Positions 46,416 through 56,645 of a stretch of 64,000 nucleotides of DNA are shown in pieces. Position 1 is the stretch's first letter; each line of letters opens with the position of its first letter. This DNA comes from an uncultured delta proteobacterium (GTDB lineage Bacteria; Myxococcota; Myxococcia; Myxococcales; 40CM-4-68-19). The position numbers and the translations under genes were made by a program. The stretch lies in contig CAIWCD010000014.1 in the NCBI GenBank assembly GCA_903911145.1, positions 186,001 to 250,000 of the forward strand. The letters run 5' to 3'. A model generated the notes under the pieces. It searched no databases. It had not been told where the DNA came from and worked only from the letters and a program-made list of their open reading frames with translations.

Positions 46416-48362
46416 ATGCCGCGCATCCAGATTCTCGACGAGACGCTCGCCAACCAGATCGCTGCCGGCGAAGTGATCGAGCGGCCCGCGGCCGTGGTGA
46501 AGGAGTTGGTCGAGAACGCGCTCGACGCGGGCGCGAAACGCATCGAGATCGATCTTCTCGATGGCGGCAAGAAGCTCGTGCGCGTGCGCGACGATGGCAG
46601 CGGGATGGGGCGCGAGGATGCGCGGCTCTCGCTCCAGCGGCACGCGACCTCGAAGCTGCGGACGAAGGACGATCTCTTTGCGATCGCGAGCTACGGATTT
46701 CGCGGTGAGGCGCTGCCGTCCATCGCGGCGGTCTCGCGCTTTTCCCTGCTGACAAGCGAGGCGGACGCGCTCGCGGGGACGCGCATCGAAGTTGACGGTG
46801 GATCGCTCGGACCCGCGCTGGATGCGGGCGCGCCGCCCGGCACGACGATCGAAGTGCGCGACCTGTTCTGGAATGTTCCGGCACGCCGCAAGTTCATCAA
46901 GCGGGCCGCGACCGAGCAGCAGCACGCCATCGATGCGGTCCTGCGGCTCGCGCTGCCGAGGCTCGATGTCTCCTTCACGCTGCGAGAAGGTGAGCGCACG
47001 CTCTTGCGGATGACCGCGGGCGAGACGCTCGCCTCGCGCGCGGAAGAGGCGATCTCGCGCGAGCTGCATGGTCGCTGGAGCCCATTTGACGCTGCGGTGC
47101 GGGGCGTGCGCGCGCATGGCCTTGCGGGTTCGCCCGACGTCGCGCAAGGGAGCGCGAAGGGAATCTGGCTGTTCGTGAATGGGCGGGCGATTCGCGATCG
47201 CCAATTGTCGCATGCGGTTCTGCGCGCCTATGGAGAGGTTCTCGAGCACGGCCGGTTTGCCGCCGCGGTGATCTTCCTCGAGGTCCCGCCGGCGGAGCTG
47301 GACGTGAATGTCCATCCCGCGAAAGCGGAAGTGCGTCTCGCCGATGCTCGCGCGGCCTGGGAGGCGATCGCGGCGGGGCTCTCTGCGGTGCTCGCGCCCG
47401 GCGCCTGGCTGCATCACGCGGGAGCTGCGGGGGCGGCTGCGGGTGGCGTCGCGGGAGTCGCGGCGACGCGCGCGTACGCTCTGGGTGCGGGCGGGAGCGC
47501 GATCGTTGGTGTTCAAAGCATTTCGTCCGAAGGTGAGCCGGCGGCCGATGCAGAACGGATCGCGCGCGTTGGTGAAGCGATCGCCCGCTTCGGCGCGCGC
47601 ACGGGAGCGAATGCAGACAGGCCGTGGCAGCCCTCCTCGCGAGCGACGCCGGTCGGTGGCAGGGAGATCGACGGGCAGCCGGGAGCGATGGTCGCGCAGG
47701 CGTCGGCGCAACCGGAGTTGCTCGCGGCCGCGCCGTTCTTCGCGGGCCTGCGCTATCTCGGACAACTGCACCAGAGCTATCTCGTCTGCGAAGGGCCGCG
47801 CGGGCTGGTGCTCGTCGATCAGCACGCGGCGCACGAGCGGATGAACTACCAGCGCCTTCGCGCGGCCGCTGAACGGACGGGATTCGTGCAGCCACTCCTC
47901 GTGCCTCGGATTCTCACGCCCGCGCCCAGCGCGGCCGCGGCGCTCTCCGCGTCGCTCGCGGCGCTTGGCGCCTGTGGCATTGAGCTCGCGGATTTTGGCG
48001 CGGGAACGCTGGCAATCAAGGCGCTGCCTGCGGAGTTGTCTCCGCTTGCGGACGGGCAACTGTTGATGCTGCTCGCCGATCTCGCAGAAGAACTGCAGTC
48101 GATCGGCCGCGGAGAAACGCTCCTGCGAATGCGCGATGCGCTGCTCGCGCGCGCAGCCTGCCACGCCAGCGTGCGCGCTCACGACGCGCTTTCCTCTGGC
48201 GAAGCGCAGGCGCTGCTCGATGCACTCGACGCAACGGACTACGGCGCTCGCTGTGCACATGGCCGGCCGGTGGTTTCGGAGTGGGCGGTCGCCGAGATCG
48301 AAAAACGATTCGGTCGCGACTACGCGAGCCACGCGCACGCAGCACGCCTCGAATCGCTTTGA
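46416..48362 (+). CDS. mutL: DNA mismatch repair endonuclease MutL
   Basis: NQIAAGEVIERPAAVVKELVENALDAG, GFRGEAL, DVNVHPAK, DQHAAHER, ACH, CAHGRP. Confidence 0.97.
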   Translation: MPRIQILDETLANQIAAGEVIERPAAVVKELVENALDAGAKRIEIDLLDGGKKLVRVRDDGSGMGREDARLSLQRHATSKLRTKDDLFAIASYGFRGEALPSIAAVSRFSLLTSEADALAGTRIEVDGGSLGPALDAGAPPGTTIEVRDLFWNVPARRKFIKRAATEQQHAIDAVLRLALPRLDVSFTLREGERTLLRMTAGETLASRAEEAISRELHGRWSPFDAAVRGVRAHGLAGSPDVAQGSAKGIWLFVNGRAIRDRQLSHAVLRAYGEVLEHGRFAAAVIFLEVPPAELDVNVHPAKAEVRLADARAAWEAIAAGLSAVLAPGAWLHHAGAAGAAAGGVAGVAATRAYALGAGGSAIVGVQSISSEGEPAADAERIARVGEAIARFGARTGANADRPWQPSSRATPVGGREIDGQPGAMVAQASAQPELLAAAPFFAGLRYLGQLHQSYLVCEGPRGLVLVDQHAAHERMNYQRLRAAAERTGFVQPLLVPRILTPAPSAAAALSASLAALGACGIELADFGAGTLAIKALPAELSPLADGQLLMLLADLAEELQSIGRGETLLRMRDALLARAACHASVRAHDALSSGEAQALLDALDATDYGARCAHGRPVVSEWAVAEIEKRFGRDYASHAHAARLESL

Positions 48363-48442
48363 CGCTTCGCACGCGCGTCTCCAGTCGGGCAACGCGGGAG
48401 CGGTGTTACTCTCGGCCAATGTTCGAGTTTCGCGGAGGCACG

Positions 48443-49609
48443 ATGCAGCACCAGCAGAGGGCCGTCTCTCGGGTTGGACGTGCCGTCGCGCGCGCTGCGT
48501 CTCCGGTCGCTCTCTCTCTTTTCTTGCTGCAAAGCGCATGCTCACACTCTGCGCCCGTGGGCCGCAAGGCGGAATCGACAGTGCCCGGTGCGGCTTTCGA
48601 GGAGGTCGAGGATGCGTTTCACGGGCTGCGCTTCTCACTTCCCGACGTGGCGGGAGGCTGGCAGACGAACGCCGAGGGAACGCGGCTCGCGAAGGATGTC
48701 CGCGTCGAGGTCGGGTCGTTTCCCCTCGCGCACCCCGGGACGGTGGCGAACTGCCGCGACACTGCGCGAGAGCGCCTGCGCGCGATGCAACGGGCTGCGG
48801 AAGCGGACGATGCGCGAGCAGCGAAGGCCGCGCCGCCGGAGCCGAGCAAGAGTGCGCCGATCGATCCCGTGCGCGACCAGACGACGAGCGAGGAGCCCTC
48901 GCCGAGCTGGAGCTTCACGCGCGGCGCCGATCTCTCTGCCGTGCGCAGTCGTTGGGCCTTCTTCGTCCGCGGCGCCGACTGCCTGCTCATCGAGGTGACC
49001 GGTCCTCTCGGCTCACAGACCGCCGAGGCCGTATTCCAGCAAGCGGCCGCGTCCGCGCATACCGTGCCTGTTCCCGTCGAACGGCAGCGCGAACTCGACG
49101 TGCTCGCCGGAATGGGATTCCTGCAGCAGCACGATCCTGCCTCGGCGCTCGAGCGTTTCGAGACGCTCTGCGCGCGTGAGCCTTCGTTTGCGCTCGGTCA
49201 CTATGGAGCGCTGATGGCGGCCTTTGAGCTCGGCGCTCCCGCATATCCGCGAGGCCTTGCGCACGGGAGCGCGGCTCTCGCGCAGGAGCACGATCTCTCC
49301 GCCGATCAGCGGCAGCTCGCACTCTCCGCGATCGGCGTGATGCAGCTGGCGCAGAACCAGCTCAAGCAGGCCGCGCAGACCTTGTCAGAGCTGGTGGTGC
49401 GCGCGCCCGAACTGGCCGACGGCCAATACAACTATGCCTGCGCGCTGGCCCGCCTGGGCGATGCGGGCGGCGCTCTCGATCATCTGAAAAGCGCATTCTC
49501 TCTCGACACCGCGCTCGCCGAGCATGCGCGCGACGACGACGATCTTGCCTCGCTGCGCGGATTGCCTGCGTTCGAGTCTCTGCTGCACGGCAATCCCGCG
49601 AAGCATTAG
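48443..49609 (+). CDS. Lipoprotein with C-terminal TPR repeats, function unknown
   Basis: GGAGG RBS before ATG 48443 (alternative start 48419); lipobox-like QSAC; YNYACALARLG TPR motif. Confidence 0.7.
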   Translation: MQHQQRAVSRVGRAVARAASPVALSLFLLQSACSHSAPVGRKAESTVPGAAFEEVEDAFHGLRFSLPDVAGGWQTNAEGTRLAKDVRVEVGSFPLAHPGTVANCRDTARERLRAMQRAAEADDARAAKAAPPEPSKSAPIDPVRDQTTSEEPSPSWSFTRGADLSAVRSRWAFFVRGADCLLIEVTGPLGSQTAEAVFQQAAASAHTVPVPVERQRELDVLAGMGFLQQHDPASALERFETLCAREPSFALGHYGALMAAFELGAPAYPRGLAHGSAALAQEHDLSADQRQLALSAIGVMQLAQNQLKQAAQTLSELVVRAPELADGQYNYACALARLGDAGGALDHLKSAFSLDTALAEHARDDDDLASLRGLPAFESLLHGNPAKH

Positions 49610-49669
49610 ACAGGATTGCCGTGAATCACTGCAGACGCGCCCAAGCGGCAAGCGCGCCGGACGCGGGAG

Positions 49670-51271
49670 TTACTGCGCCGATTGATAGACGCGGTAATCG
49701 ATTTCGGGAAAGAGGTTATCCCGCGATTCAACCTTGGCGAGCCACGCCTCGTCGAGCGCGGCCGGATCGTTCTGCTTGAGCTGTTCATAGAGCCGCGTGA
49801 AGCGCAGCGTATGCTCGCGCGTCCGCTTGCGGGCATATTCGACCATCGTGCCGGTCTTCATGATGAAGGCCCAATCGCTCGCCTGCAGCAGCAGCAGTTC
49901 GCGCGCAGCCTGGTTGAGCGCGCGACGACGGATCCCCTCGGCATCAGGAAAGAGGCGGGCGAGCTCAATCATCCGCTCCGACGCCTTATGCAGGTGCCGG
50001 TAGATCCAATCATTGCTCTCATCGAGCCAGACGCCGGCATATCCACCCGCGCCCCAACTCGACATCGGCGGCTGCGCGAGCTGCTGCTCGGGATAGTCGG
50101 TGAGGTAATCAACGGGCGATACCAGCTTGACGATATCCTGCTGCGCGGCGAAGCGAATCAGCGACTCAATGAAGATCGGCCCTTCGAACCACCAGTGGCC
50201 ATAGAGTTCGGCATCATAGGGACTGACGACAATCGGCGGCGGACCGTCGCCGAAAGCGTCGCGCAGGTGACTGATCTGCATCTGGCGATTGTGCAGGAAG
50301 CTCGCCGCGTGCTCCTTGGCCCGCTGGCGTGCTTCCGCCGGATTGTAGAGATCCTTCTGCGAGAGGGCGACGCGGCCAGTGATCCGATAGTACTTGATCC
50401 CGACATTCTTGCGATCGCCCGTGGCCTGCAGATAGGGCTTCATATAGTCGTAATCGAGGTCATATCCGACGTCGCGATAGAACTCGCGATAGACCGGATC
50501 TCCGGGATATCCCGTCTCCGAACTCCAGACCTGCATCGAAGATTCCTGATCGCGCGCGAAGGCCGCCACGCCGCTCGGCGTATAGACCGGCGCATAGACG
50601 CCTCGGCGCGGGCGCGGGACGGCATTCAGCAGACCGTGGGTATCGACGAAGAAGAAGCGGATATTCTCCGCCGCGAGCAGTTTGTCGACGCCCGGCGCAT
50701 ATCCACATTCGGGTAGCCAGATACCGCGAGGATCGCGGCCGAAATGCATTCGATAGTGCGCAGCGGCGACCTTGATCTGCGCTCGCTGCGACTCGGCGTG
50801 AACCATCAGCGGGAGGAATCCGTGCGTCGCGCCACAGGTGATGATTTCAATGAAGCCACTGTCCTGCAATCGCTTGAAGGCCGTCACCAGATCGCGCTGG
50901 TAGACGTCGTGAAAGAGCCGGCGCAGGTGGTAATGGTGCTCGCGCACGTGCTCGGCGAGGCGCGCCATCCGGGGTATCCCGCGCGTGCGTTCGACCTCTT
51001 TGTCGGTCAACTCGCAGAGCTTGTCGAGGCGGGTCGCATACCGGCTCATCAGGAGTTCGTCGCGCAGCATCCCGACGAGCGGCGGGGACATCGTCAAGGT
51101 AATGCGATACGGAATCCCCTCGGCGGCGCAGCGATCGAACGCCTCGAGCAGAGGCAGATAGGTCTCGGTGATTGCTTCGTAGAGCCAATCCTCCTCGAGA
51201 AATTCGGGATATTCAGGATGGCGCACATAGGGAAGGTGCGCGTGCAGAACAATTGCGAGCGCCCCCTTCAT
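49670..51271 (-). CDS. GH57 1,4-alpha-glucan branching enzyme (DUF1957 type)
   Basis: HAHLP, WLYEAITETYLP, WLPECGY nucleophile, PYDAELYGHWWFEG, ASDWAF. Confidence 0.93.
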   Translation of the reverse strand: MKGALAIVLHAHLPYVRHPEYPEFLEEDWLYEAITETYLPLLEAFDRCAAEGIPYRITLTMSPPLVGMLRDELLMSRYATRLDKLCELTDKEVERTRGIPRMARLAEHVREHHYHLRRLFHDVYQRDLVTAFKRLQDSGFIEIITCGATHGFLPLMVHAESQRAQIKVAAAHYRMHFGRDPRGIWLPECGYAPGVDKLLAAENIRFFFVDTHGLLNAVPRPRRGVYAPVYTPSGVAAFARDQESSMQVWSSETGYPGDPVYREFYRDVGYDLDYDYMKPYLQATGDRKNVGIKYYRITGRVALSQKDLYNPAEARQRAKEHAASFLHNRQMQISHLRDAFGDGPPPIVVSPYDAELYGHWWFEGPIFIESLIRFAAQQDIVKLVSPVDYLTDYPEQQLAQPPMSSWGAGGYAGVWLDESNDWIYRHLHKASERMIELARLFPDAEGIRRRALNQAARELLLLQASDWAFIMKTGTMVEYARKRTREHTLRFTRLYEQLKQNDPAALDEAWLAKVESRDNLFPEIDYRVYQSAQ

Positions 51272-51999
51272 ATGGCCTTTCCACCATGCAGGCCGCTGCC
51301 TGAACGCAAGAGTGGCGGATATCCCGCGCGGGATTCACCGCCCGAAAACAGCTCGGCCTCGTGGCTGGCAAACTCGCCCCGGTATTCGACGGCGGCGGGC
51401 CAATGATGGGGCGGTGCGCCCTCGAGCGAGGCATCGGCGAGCGGAGCCGCGAAATCGATCTGGAGATATTGCTCGTCAATCAAGGGCGACGGCGATGCAG
51501 GTGGCAAACGGACGGGCCGGGACGAGCGCAGGAGGCGTGCGGATTTGTCGCTCGCCGCCCAGAGTTCGACGCGAAATTCCGAGCCAGTGGGGAGATCGCG
51601 CAGATAGAAACCGCGCATATCAAGGTGCACATCGATTTCGCGCAACTGCGGCCCGGAGAGGAGAATCAACTTGAGGACCGCGCGCGCGGGGCTGCCGTGG
51701 TCAAAGGCCTGCGCGATCTGCTGCCGGGAGAGATCCCAATAGACAAACGCCGTCGAGGGATCGCGCGCGAGGCAGACGAGGCGTCCATCTTCATATCCCT
51801 GCGGTAGCGCGCCGAGGCCCTCTTCCCATCCGGGCGGCTCAGCAGGGGCGGGCTCCGTTGCGACAGGCTCGGTCGACGCGCCTGTCGCCGGTGTCGGCTC
51901 ACCCGGAATCAACCCTCGTTGACGCAAGAGCGCATCGTTGGTGCGCTGGCCCAATCCGCTCGTGGTGAGCGGCGCCCGCGGCTGGTCGTTGTCGAACAT
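51268..51999 (-). CDS. DUF4912-domain protein
   Basis: LPQGYEDGRLVCLARDPSTAFVYWD; overlaps the GH57 start. Confidence 0.82.
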   Translation of the reverse strand: MFDNDQPRAPLTTSGLGQRTNDALLRQRGLIPGEPTPATGASTEPVATEPAPAEPPGWEEGLGALPQGYEDGRLVCLARDPSTAFVYWDLSRQQIAQAFDHGSPARAVLKLILLSGPQLREIDVHLDMRGFYLRDLPTGSEFRVELWAASDKSARLLRSSRPVRLPPASPSPLIDEQYLQIDFAAPLADASLEGAPPHHWPAAVEYRGEFASHEAELFSGGESRAGYPPLLRSGSGLHGGKAI

Positions 52000-52054
52000 G
52001 CCGGGCTTCCTACACGGGAGAGATCACGGTGGCAAGCCAACCGGTCCGTCGGGA

Positions 52055-54064
52055 TTACTTCGGAGCGAGCGCCTGCGCATATTGCAGCGCGTAGGTCTTG
52101 AGTTGCGGCTGCGCATCGCTGGCATTGCTCGCCGCAAACGCACGGTAGAGCTCAGCGGCCTTCTCCGACTGGCCGAGCCCGCGATATCCCTCGGCCAGAC
52201 CGAAGAGCGGCGACGCAAGCGACGCGTCAGCAGAGCGCGCGCTGGTATAATCATCGATAGCATCCTGATATCGACCCAAACCGATCTTGGCCGACCCGCG
52301 CGCGATCAACGCAACGGCAAATGAGGGCCGCGCCTGAACTGATTGGTCGAGTTCGCCGAGCGCCTCTTCAAATTTGCGATCGCGCACCAAAGCAATGCCG
52401 GTGAGGTAATGCTTGCGCGCGAGATCCTCTGGCGCAGCGGCTGCAGCGACCGGGGCCGGCTGTGCCGCTGGCGCTGCAGTTGTTGGTGCTGGCGCTGCCG
52501 CTGCCGCGCTTGGTGCTGGAGGTGCCGCTGCGGGCGCGCTTTGCGGGGCTGATTGCGCCGGTGCAATTGCAGGCAGCGCCGACGGCTCCTCTGCCGGCTT
52601 CCCTGCGCGCCGGGCACGATACGCGACGATCGCATCGCGCGCTGCACCATTGGTCGGGTCAAGCACGAGCGCTCGGTTCCAATGGTCGGTCGCCTCGTCC
52701 CCATATCCAAGCTTCGCGTAGCAATCGCCGGCTTTGACCAGCGCCTCGACGGAGCGCGAATCGACCTGCATTGCATCCTGGTATGCGAAGAGCGCCTCCC
52801 GATATTTCTTCGCGGCGAAGGCCTTGTCTCCTTCCGCAATCCGGTCGGCAGCAGATGGTGCCGCAACTGGAGCGGACGGTGGCGCTGCGGGCCTCGCCGC
52901 GGCGGGGGCGGGAGGTGCCGCGGCGACTGCCGGTGCTGCTGTCGGTGCTGCTGTCGGTGCGGGTGCGCTCGCCGCTCGGGCTGCAGCTCGTTCAGCGGCC
53001 GCCTTCTCGTCCGCTGCTTTCTGCGCGGCGGCCTTATCGGCTGCTGCTGCGGCGCGCTCGGCCGCGGCCTTCTCCGCTGCTGCGGCCTGGTCGCTCGCAA
53101 GCTTCGCCGCCGCTGCGGCTTTGTCCGCGGCCGCCTGATCCGCCGCGAGCTTGCTCGAGGCGGCTTTGTCTGCCGCTGCCTGCGCGAGCGCGGCCTTCGC
53201 TGCGGCTGCCTTCTCCGCTGCAGCCTGCGCGGCCGCCGCTTTATCTGCCGCTGCCTTCTCTGCTGCAGCCTGCGCCGCCGCTGCCTTCTCTGCCGCCGCG
53301 GCTTTCTGCGCTGCCAACTTCTCCTCCGCCGCTTTCTCTGCCGCTGCCTGCGCCGCCGCGGCCTTCTCCGCCGCGAGCTTTTCCGCAGCCGCCTTATCTG
53401 CCGCCGCCTTCTCCGCCGCCGCCTTCTCCGCCGCGAGCTTGTCCGCCGCCGCCTTTTCCGCCGCGGCCTTCTCTGCCGCCTGCTTATCCGCGACAGCCTT
53501 CGCCAGCTCGACGATGCGCTCCTTCGACTTCTCTACATACTTCTGCTCGCTCGGGCGGTTCTCCTTCTGGATATAGAGCTGATATGCGGCCGACGCCTCG
53601 ACCGGCTTATCCGCCTGGCGCAGCGACTCAGCGAGACCATAGAGGCCGTCGAGATCATCCGGCTGCAGCTTGACGTACTTCTCATAGGCCTCCGCCGCCT
53701 GCGGGAAGTTGCGCTCCTTGCGGCTCGCATAGGCCAGGTTGTACCAGGCGGTCGCGTCGCTCGGTGTGATCTTGACGGCCTTCTGGAGATGCGAAATCGC
53801 GTCAGCGGCCTTGCCATTCTTGAACAGCAGCTTGCCCAACTCGGCGTGTGCGACCTCATCGTTCGCGTCGATCTTGAGGACGTCGTTGAAGTCGCTGATT
53901 GCCTCATCGTCCTTGCCCGCGTCCTCAGCGGCCTGGCCCGCTTTGCGCAGCTCCTCGGCCTTCGCTTTGGGCGAGATCGTCGGCGGCTTGCCCTTCGCGT
54001 GAGCCGCGGGTGCAAGAGGGAGAGCGAGCGAGAGGATGATTCCGAGGGTGCGTCGTGCGGGCAT
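52055..54064 (-). CDS. Exported TPR protein with central (AAAEK/AAADK)n helix and Pro/Ala linkers
   Basis: Signal peptide AHA-K; three TPR blocks (e.g. AWYNLAY, ALVKAGDCYAKLG, ARGSAKIGLGRY). Start ATG 54064. Confidence 0.85.
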   Translation of the reverse strand: MPARRTLGIILSLALPLAPAAHAKGKPPTISPKAKAEELRKAGQAAEDAGKDDEAISDFNDVLKIDANDEVAHAELGKLLFKNGKAADAISHLQKAVKITPSDATAWYNLAYASRKERNFPQAAEAYEKYVKLQPDDLDGLYGLAESLRQADKPVEASAAYQLYIQKENRPSEQKYVEKSKERIVELAKAVADKQAAEKAAAEKAAADKLAAEKAAAEKAAADKAAAEKLAAEKAAAAQAAAEKAAEEKLAAQKAAAAEKAAAAQAAAEKAAADKAAAAQAAAEKAAAAKAALAQAAADKAASSKLAADQAAADKAAAAAKLASDQAAAAEKAAAERAAAAADKAAAQKAADEKAAAERAAARAASAPAPTAAPTAAPAVAAAPPAPAAARPAAPPSAPVAAPSAADRIAEGDKAFAAKKYREALFAYQDAMQVDSRSVEALVKAGDCYAKLGYGDEATDHWNRALVLDPTNGAARDAIVAYRARRAGKPAEEPSALPAIAPAQSAPQSAPAAAPPAPSAAAAAPAPTTAAPAAQPAPVAAAAAPEDLARKHYLTGIALVRDRKFEEALGELDQSVQARPSFAVALIARGSAKIGLGRYQDAIDDYTSARSADASLASPLFGLAEGYRGLGQSEKAAELYRAFAASNASDAQPQLKTYALQYAQALAPK
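52975..53500. repeat. Degenerate 15-bp tandem repeat encoding AAA(E/D)K pentads
   Basis: Repeated GCCGCCGCCTTCTCC-like units across about 175 codons. Confidence 0.85.
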
Positions 54065-54175
54065 ATTGCGCGGCAACATACACCAGGGCAGCGCAGCGTC
54101 GATCCTCGGATGACCGACCGAGAGAACTTTGCGCAAGGACGCTCGCCGCCAGTCGCAACCTCGGATTGTCGGCAG

Positions 54176-54191
54176 TGGCACCAGCGTCGCG
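54176..54191 (+). promoter_or_regulatory. Possible sigma54 promoter of the alpha-glucan operon
   Basis: TGGCACCAGCGTCGCG = GG-N10-GC, 60 bp before the ATG; weak -12 element. Confidence 0.3.
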
Positions 54192-54251
54192 TTGTGCTAT
54201 TGCGCCGCATCGCGACTTTCGGGTTGTTCCCGACGCCGCACGGAGCATCTG

Positions 54252-56645
54252 ATGCGAACTCTCTTGATGGCGGCGCTCTGCGTGATCGTTGCGGGCTGCG
54301 CCAGCGATGCCGATCCCCATCTCTATTCGACGAAGCCGATTGCGCCGGGGTTGACGCAGGCGCAGGTCACGAGTCTATCGGTGCTGGGCGCGACGCAGAT
54401 CGGAACGGGCGTCAACTTCAGCGTCTTTTCGCAGAACGCGACGCGCGTCGACCTGGCACTCTTCGATTCTCCGACCGATTCGCAACCCGCGCAGCAGTTC
54501 CCCATGGTCCGTACCGGCGACGTCTGGAACATCTACGTCGATGGACTCGGATATGGCGCCAACTATGGATATATCGCGTGGGGACCGAACTGGCCCCACG
54601 ACGACAATTGGCACCCGGGTTCGATCGCCGGCTTCGTGGCCGATGTCGATGCCGCAGGAAATCGATTCAATCCCAATAAGCTGCTCGCCGATCCATATGC
54701 CCGCGCCTACTCCGGCGAATACAACTGGGCGGCCAGCCCGGCGTCGGGGCCGGACCGGACCGTGTCCAACTATGCTGCGCAAGCCAAGAGCGTGGTGGTG
54801 CGCAGCCAATATTCCTGGAGCAACGCAGAAGCGGCCTGGCGGGCGGCGCGGGCGTCCGGCGATCATCCCGGTCACAACGCCAACGAGTTGGTCATCTATG
54901 AGATGCACCCGAAAGGATTCACCGCGAGCGCTGCTTCCGGCGTCGACCATCCGGGGACGTTCCGCGGCATCGGAGAGAAGGCCGATTACCTGAAAGACCT
55001 GGGAATCAATGCCGTCGAATTAATGCCTTCGCAGCAGAAGCCGCCCGACGGTGGATATTGGGGATATGAGACCATCGGATTCTTCGCGCCGGAGTTGACC
55101 TATTCGAGCGACCAGCGGCCGTGGATGGTCGGGGATGAGTTCAAATGGATGGTGGATCAACTGCACCAGCGCGGCCTGCTCGTGCTGATGGACGTCGTTT
55201 ATAACCACACGGGAGAGGGCGGACTCTGGCGGGATAAGATCGCCATCGATGGAAGCCCCGATCCGGGCAATCTTGCGAATTTCGATCCCAAGGAAGTGGC
55301 GAGCATCCTGAGCTTCCGAGGTCTGGATAACCAGGCCTACTATGCGCTGTCGCCGGATAATCAGACCTATTGGGACAATACCGGTGTCGGAAACGACGTG
55401 CGCTGCAACAACCGGCCGATGCACCAGTTGATCCTTGATTCGCTGCACTATTGGGTCACCGAAATGCACGTCGACGGATTCCGCTTCGACCTCGGTCCCA
55501 TCCTTGGTGAGGTTGATCAGAACTACAACTCGTTCGATCCCAAGCACACCCTGCTGCAGGCGATCGCCGATGACCCGGTGCTCCTCAACTACCATGTGCC
55601 GTTGATTGCCGAGCCGTGGTCCATCTATGGCGCATTCATCGGGCAGTTTCCGGCGTCGACGGTGCAGACCGGAGCGGGATGGTCGGAGTGGAATGGCCCC
55701 TTCCGCGATTGGTGGCGTTCCTTCGTCAACGACGATGGGACCAATGGAACGCAGAGCTGGACGTTGAATACCCAGCAGGCCGGAGCAACCGCGGGTTCAT
55801 TGTTGTCAGGTTCATATGATTGGTATCACGGGTCGGGGCGCCGGCCGCAGAACTCGATCAACTTCACGACCGTGCATGACGGCTTCACGATGTATGACGT
55901 CTTCTCCTACAACACGCGACAGAACGGTTGCGGGCCGCTCAACAGCATCTGCTGCACCCAGCCCGATTCGTCGTTCTGCACAACACAGGACGGGGCCAGC
56001 GACAACCGCTCCCGCGATTGGGGACAGGGAGCAGAGGATATCAAGCGGGCGAATATGCGCGCGCTGTTCACAGCGATGCTGGTTGCGCAGGGCACGCCCA
56101 TGATTCTCGGCGGCGACGAATGGATGCGCACGCAACTGGGAAATAACAACGCCTATTCGACCTGGGCAGACAATGCCTACAACTGGTTCGATTGGGGCGC
56201 GTGGGCGCCGAACAATGAGCGCAATCGCATGCACGACTTCGTGCGGAAGCTGATTCAATTCCGCCGCACGCACGAGTATGCCTTCGCTCCCGTCGACTAT
56301 GGCCAGTCGGAGTCGTTCGCCTGGGAGAATGCAAGCGGAGCGGCGCAGGCGGGCAGCGATTGGAATACCCGCCACGTTGCGATGCATTTCAATGACTCCA
56401 GCGCGGGTGCGCAACTCGACATCCTCATCAACATGGAGACCGCTCCGGTGACGTTCACGCTCCCCGGGGGCATCTCGTGGAAGCGCATCGTCGATACCCA
56501 GGCGGCGTTTGACGAACCCGGCTATTTCAGCGGCCAGGCCGACCCGACCATATCCGCCAATATCTTCCCCTCTGAACCGCAGGCCGTCTCCGGCAGCTAC
56601 AGCGTTCAGTCGCGGAGCATCGTGATTCTTGAGGAGGCCCGGTGA
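54252..56645 (+). CDS. Lipoprotein isoamylase / glycogen debranching enzyme (GH13, GlgX-like)
   Basis: GGAG RBS; lipobox IVAGC; GVNFSVFS, DPYA, DVVYNHT, DGFRFDL, IAEPW, HDGF, GNNNAY. Confidence 0.9.
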   Translation: MRTLLMAALCVIVAGCASDADPHLYSTKPIAPGLTQAQVTSLSVLGATQIGTGVNFSVFSQNATRVDLALFDSPTDSQPAQQFPMVRTGDVWNIYVDGLGYGANYGYIAWGPNWPHDDNWHPGSIAGFVADVDAAGNRFNPNKLLADPYARAYSGEYNWAASPASGPDRTVSNYAAQAKSVVVRSQYSWSNAEAAWRAARASGDHPGHNANELVIYEMHPKGFTASAASGVDHPGTFRGIGEKADYLKDLGINAVELMPSQQKPPDGGYWGYETIGFFAPELTYSSDQRPWMVGDEFKWMVDQLHQRGLLVLMDVVYNHTGEGGLWRDKIAIDGSPDPGNLANFDPKEVASILSFRGLDNQAYYALSPDNQTYWDNTGVGNDVRCNNRPMHQLILDSLHYWVTEMHVDGFRFDLGPILGEVDQNYNSFDPKHTLLQAIADDPVLLNYHVPLIAEPWSIYGAFIGQFPASTVQTGAGWSEWNGPFRDWWRSFVNDDGTNGTQSWTLNTQQAGATAGSLLSGSYDWYHGSGRRPQNSINFTTVHDGFTMYDVFSYNTRQNGCGPLNSICCTQPDSSFCTTQDGASDNRSRDWGQGAEDIKRANMRALFTAMLVAQGTPMILGGDEWMRTQLGNNNAYSTWADNAYNWFDWGAWAPNNERNRMHDFVRKLIQFRRTHEYAFAPVDYGQSESFAWENASGAAQAGSDWNTRHVAMHFNDSSAGAQLDILINMETAPVTFTLPGGISWKRIVDTQAAFDEPGYFSGQADPTISANIFPSEPQAVSGSYSVQSRSIVILEEAR

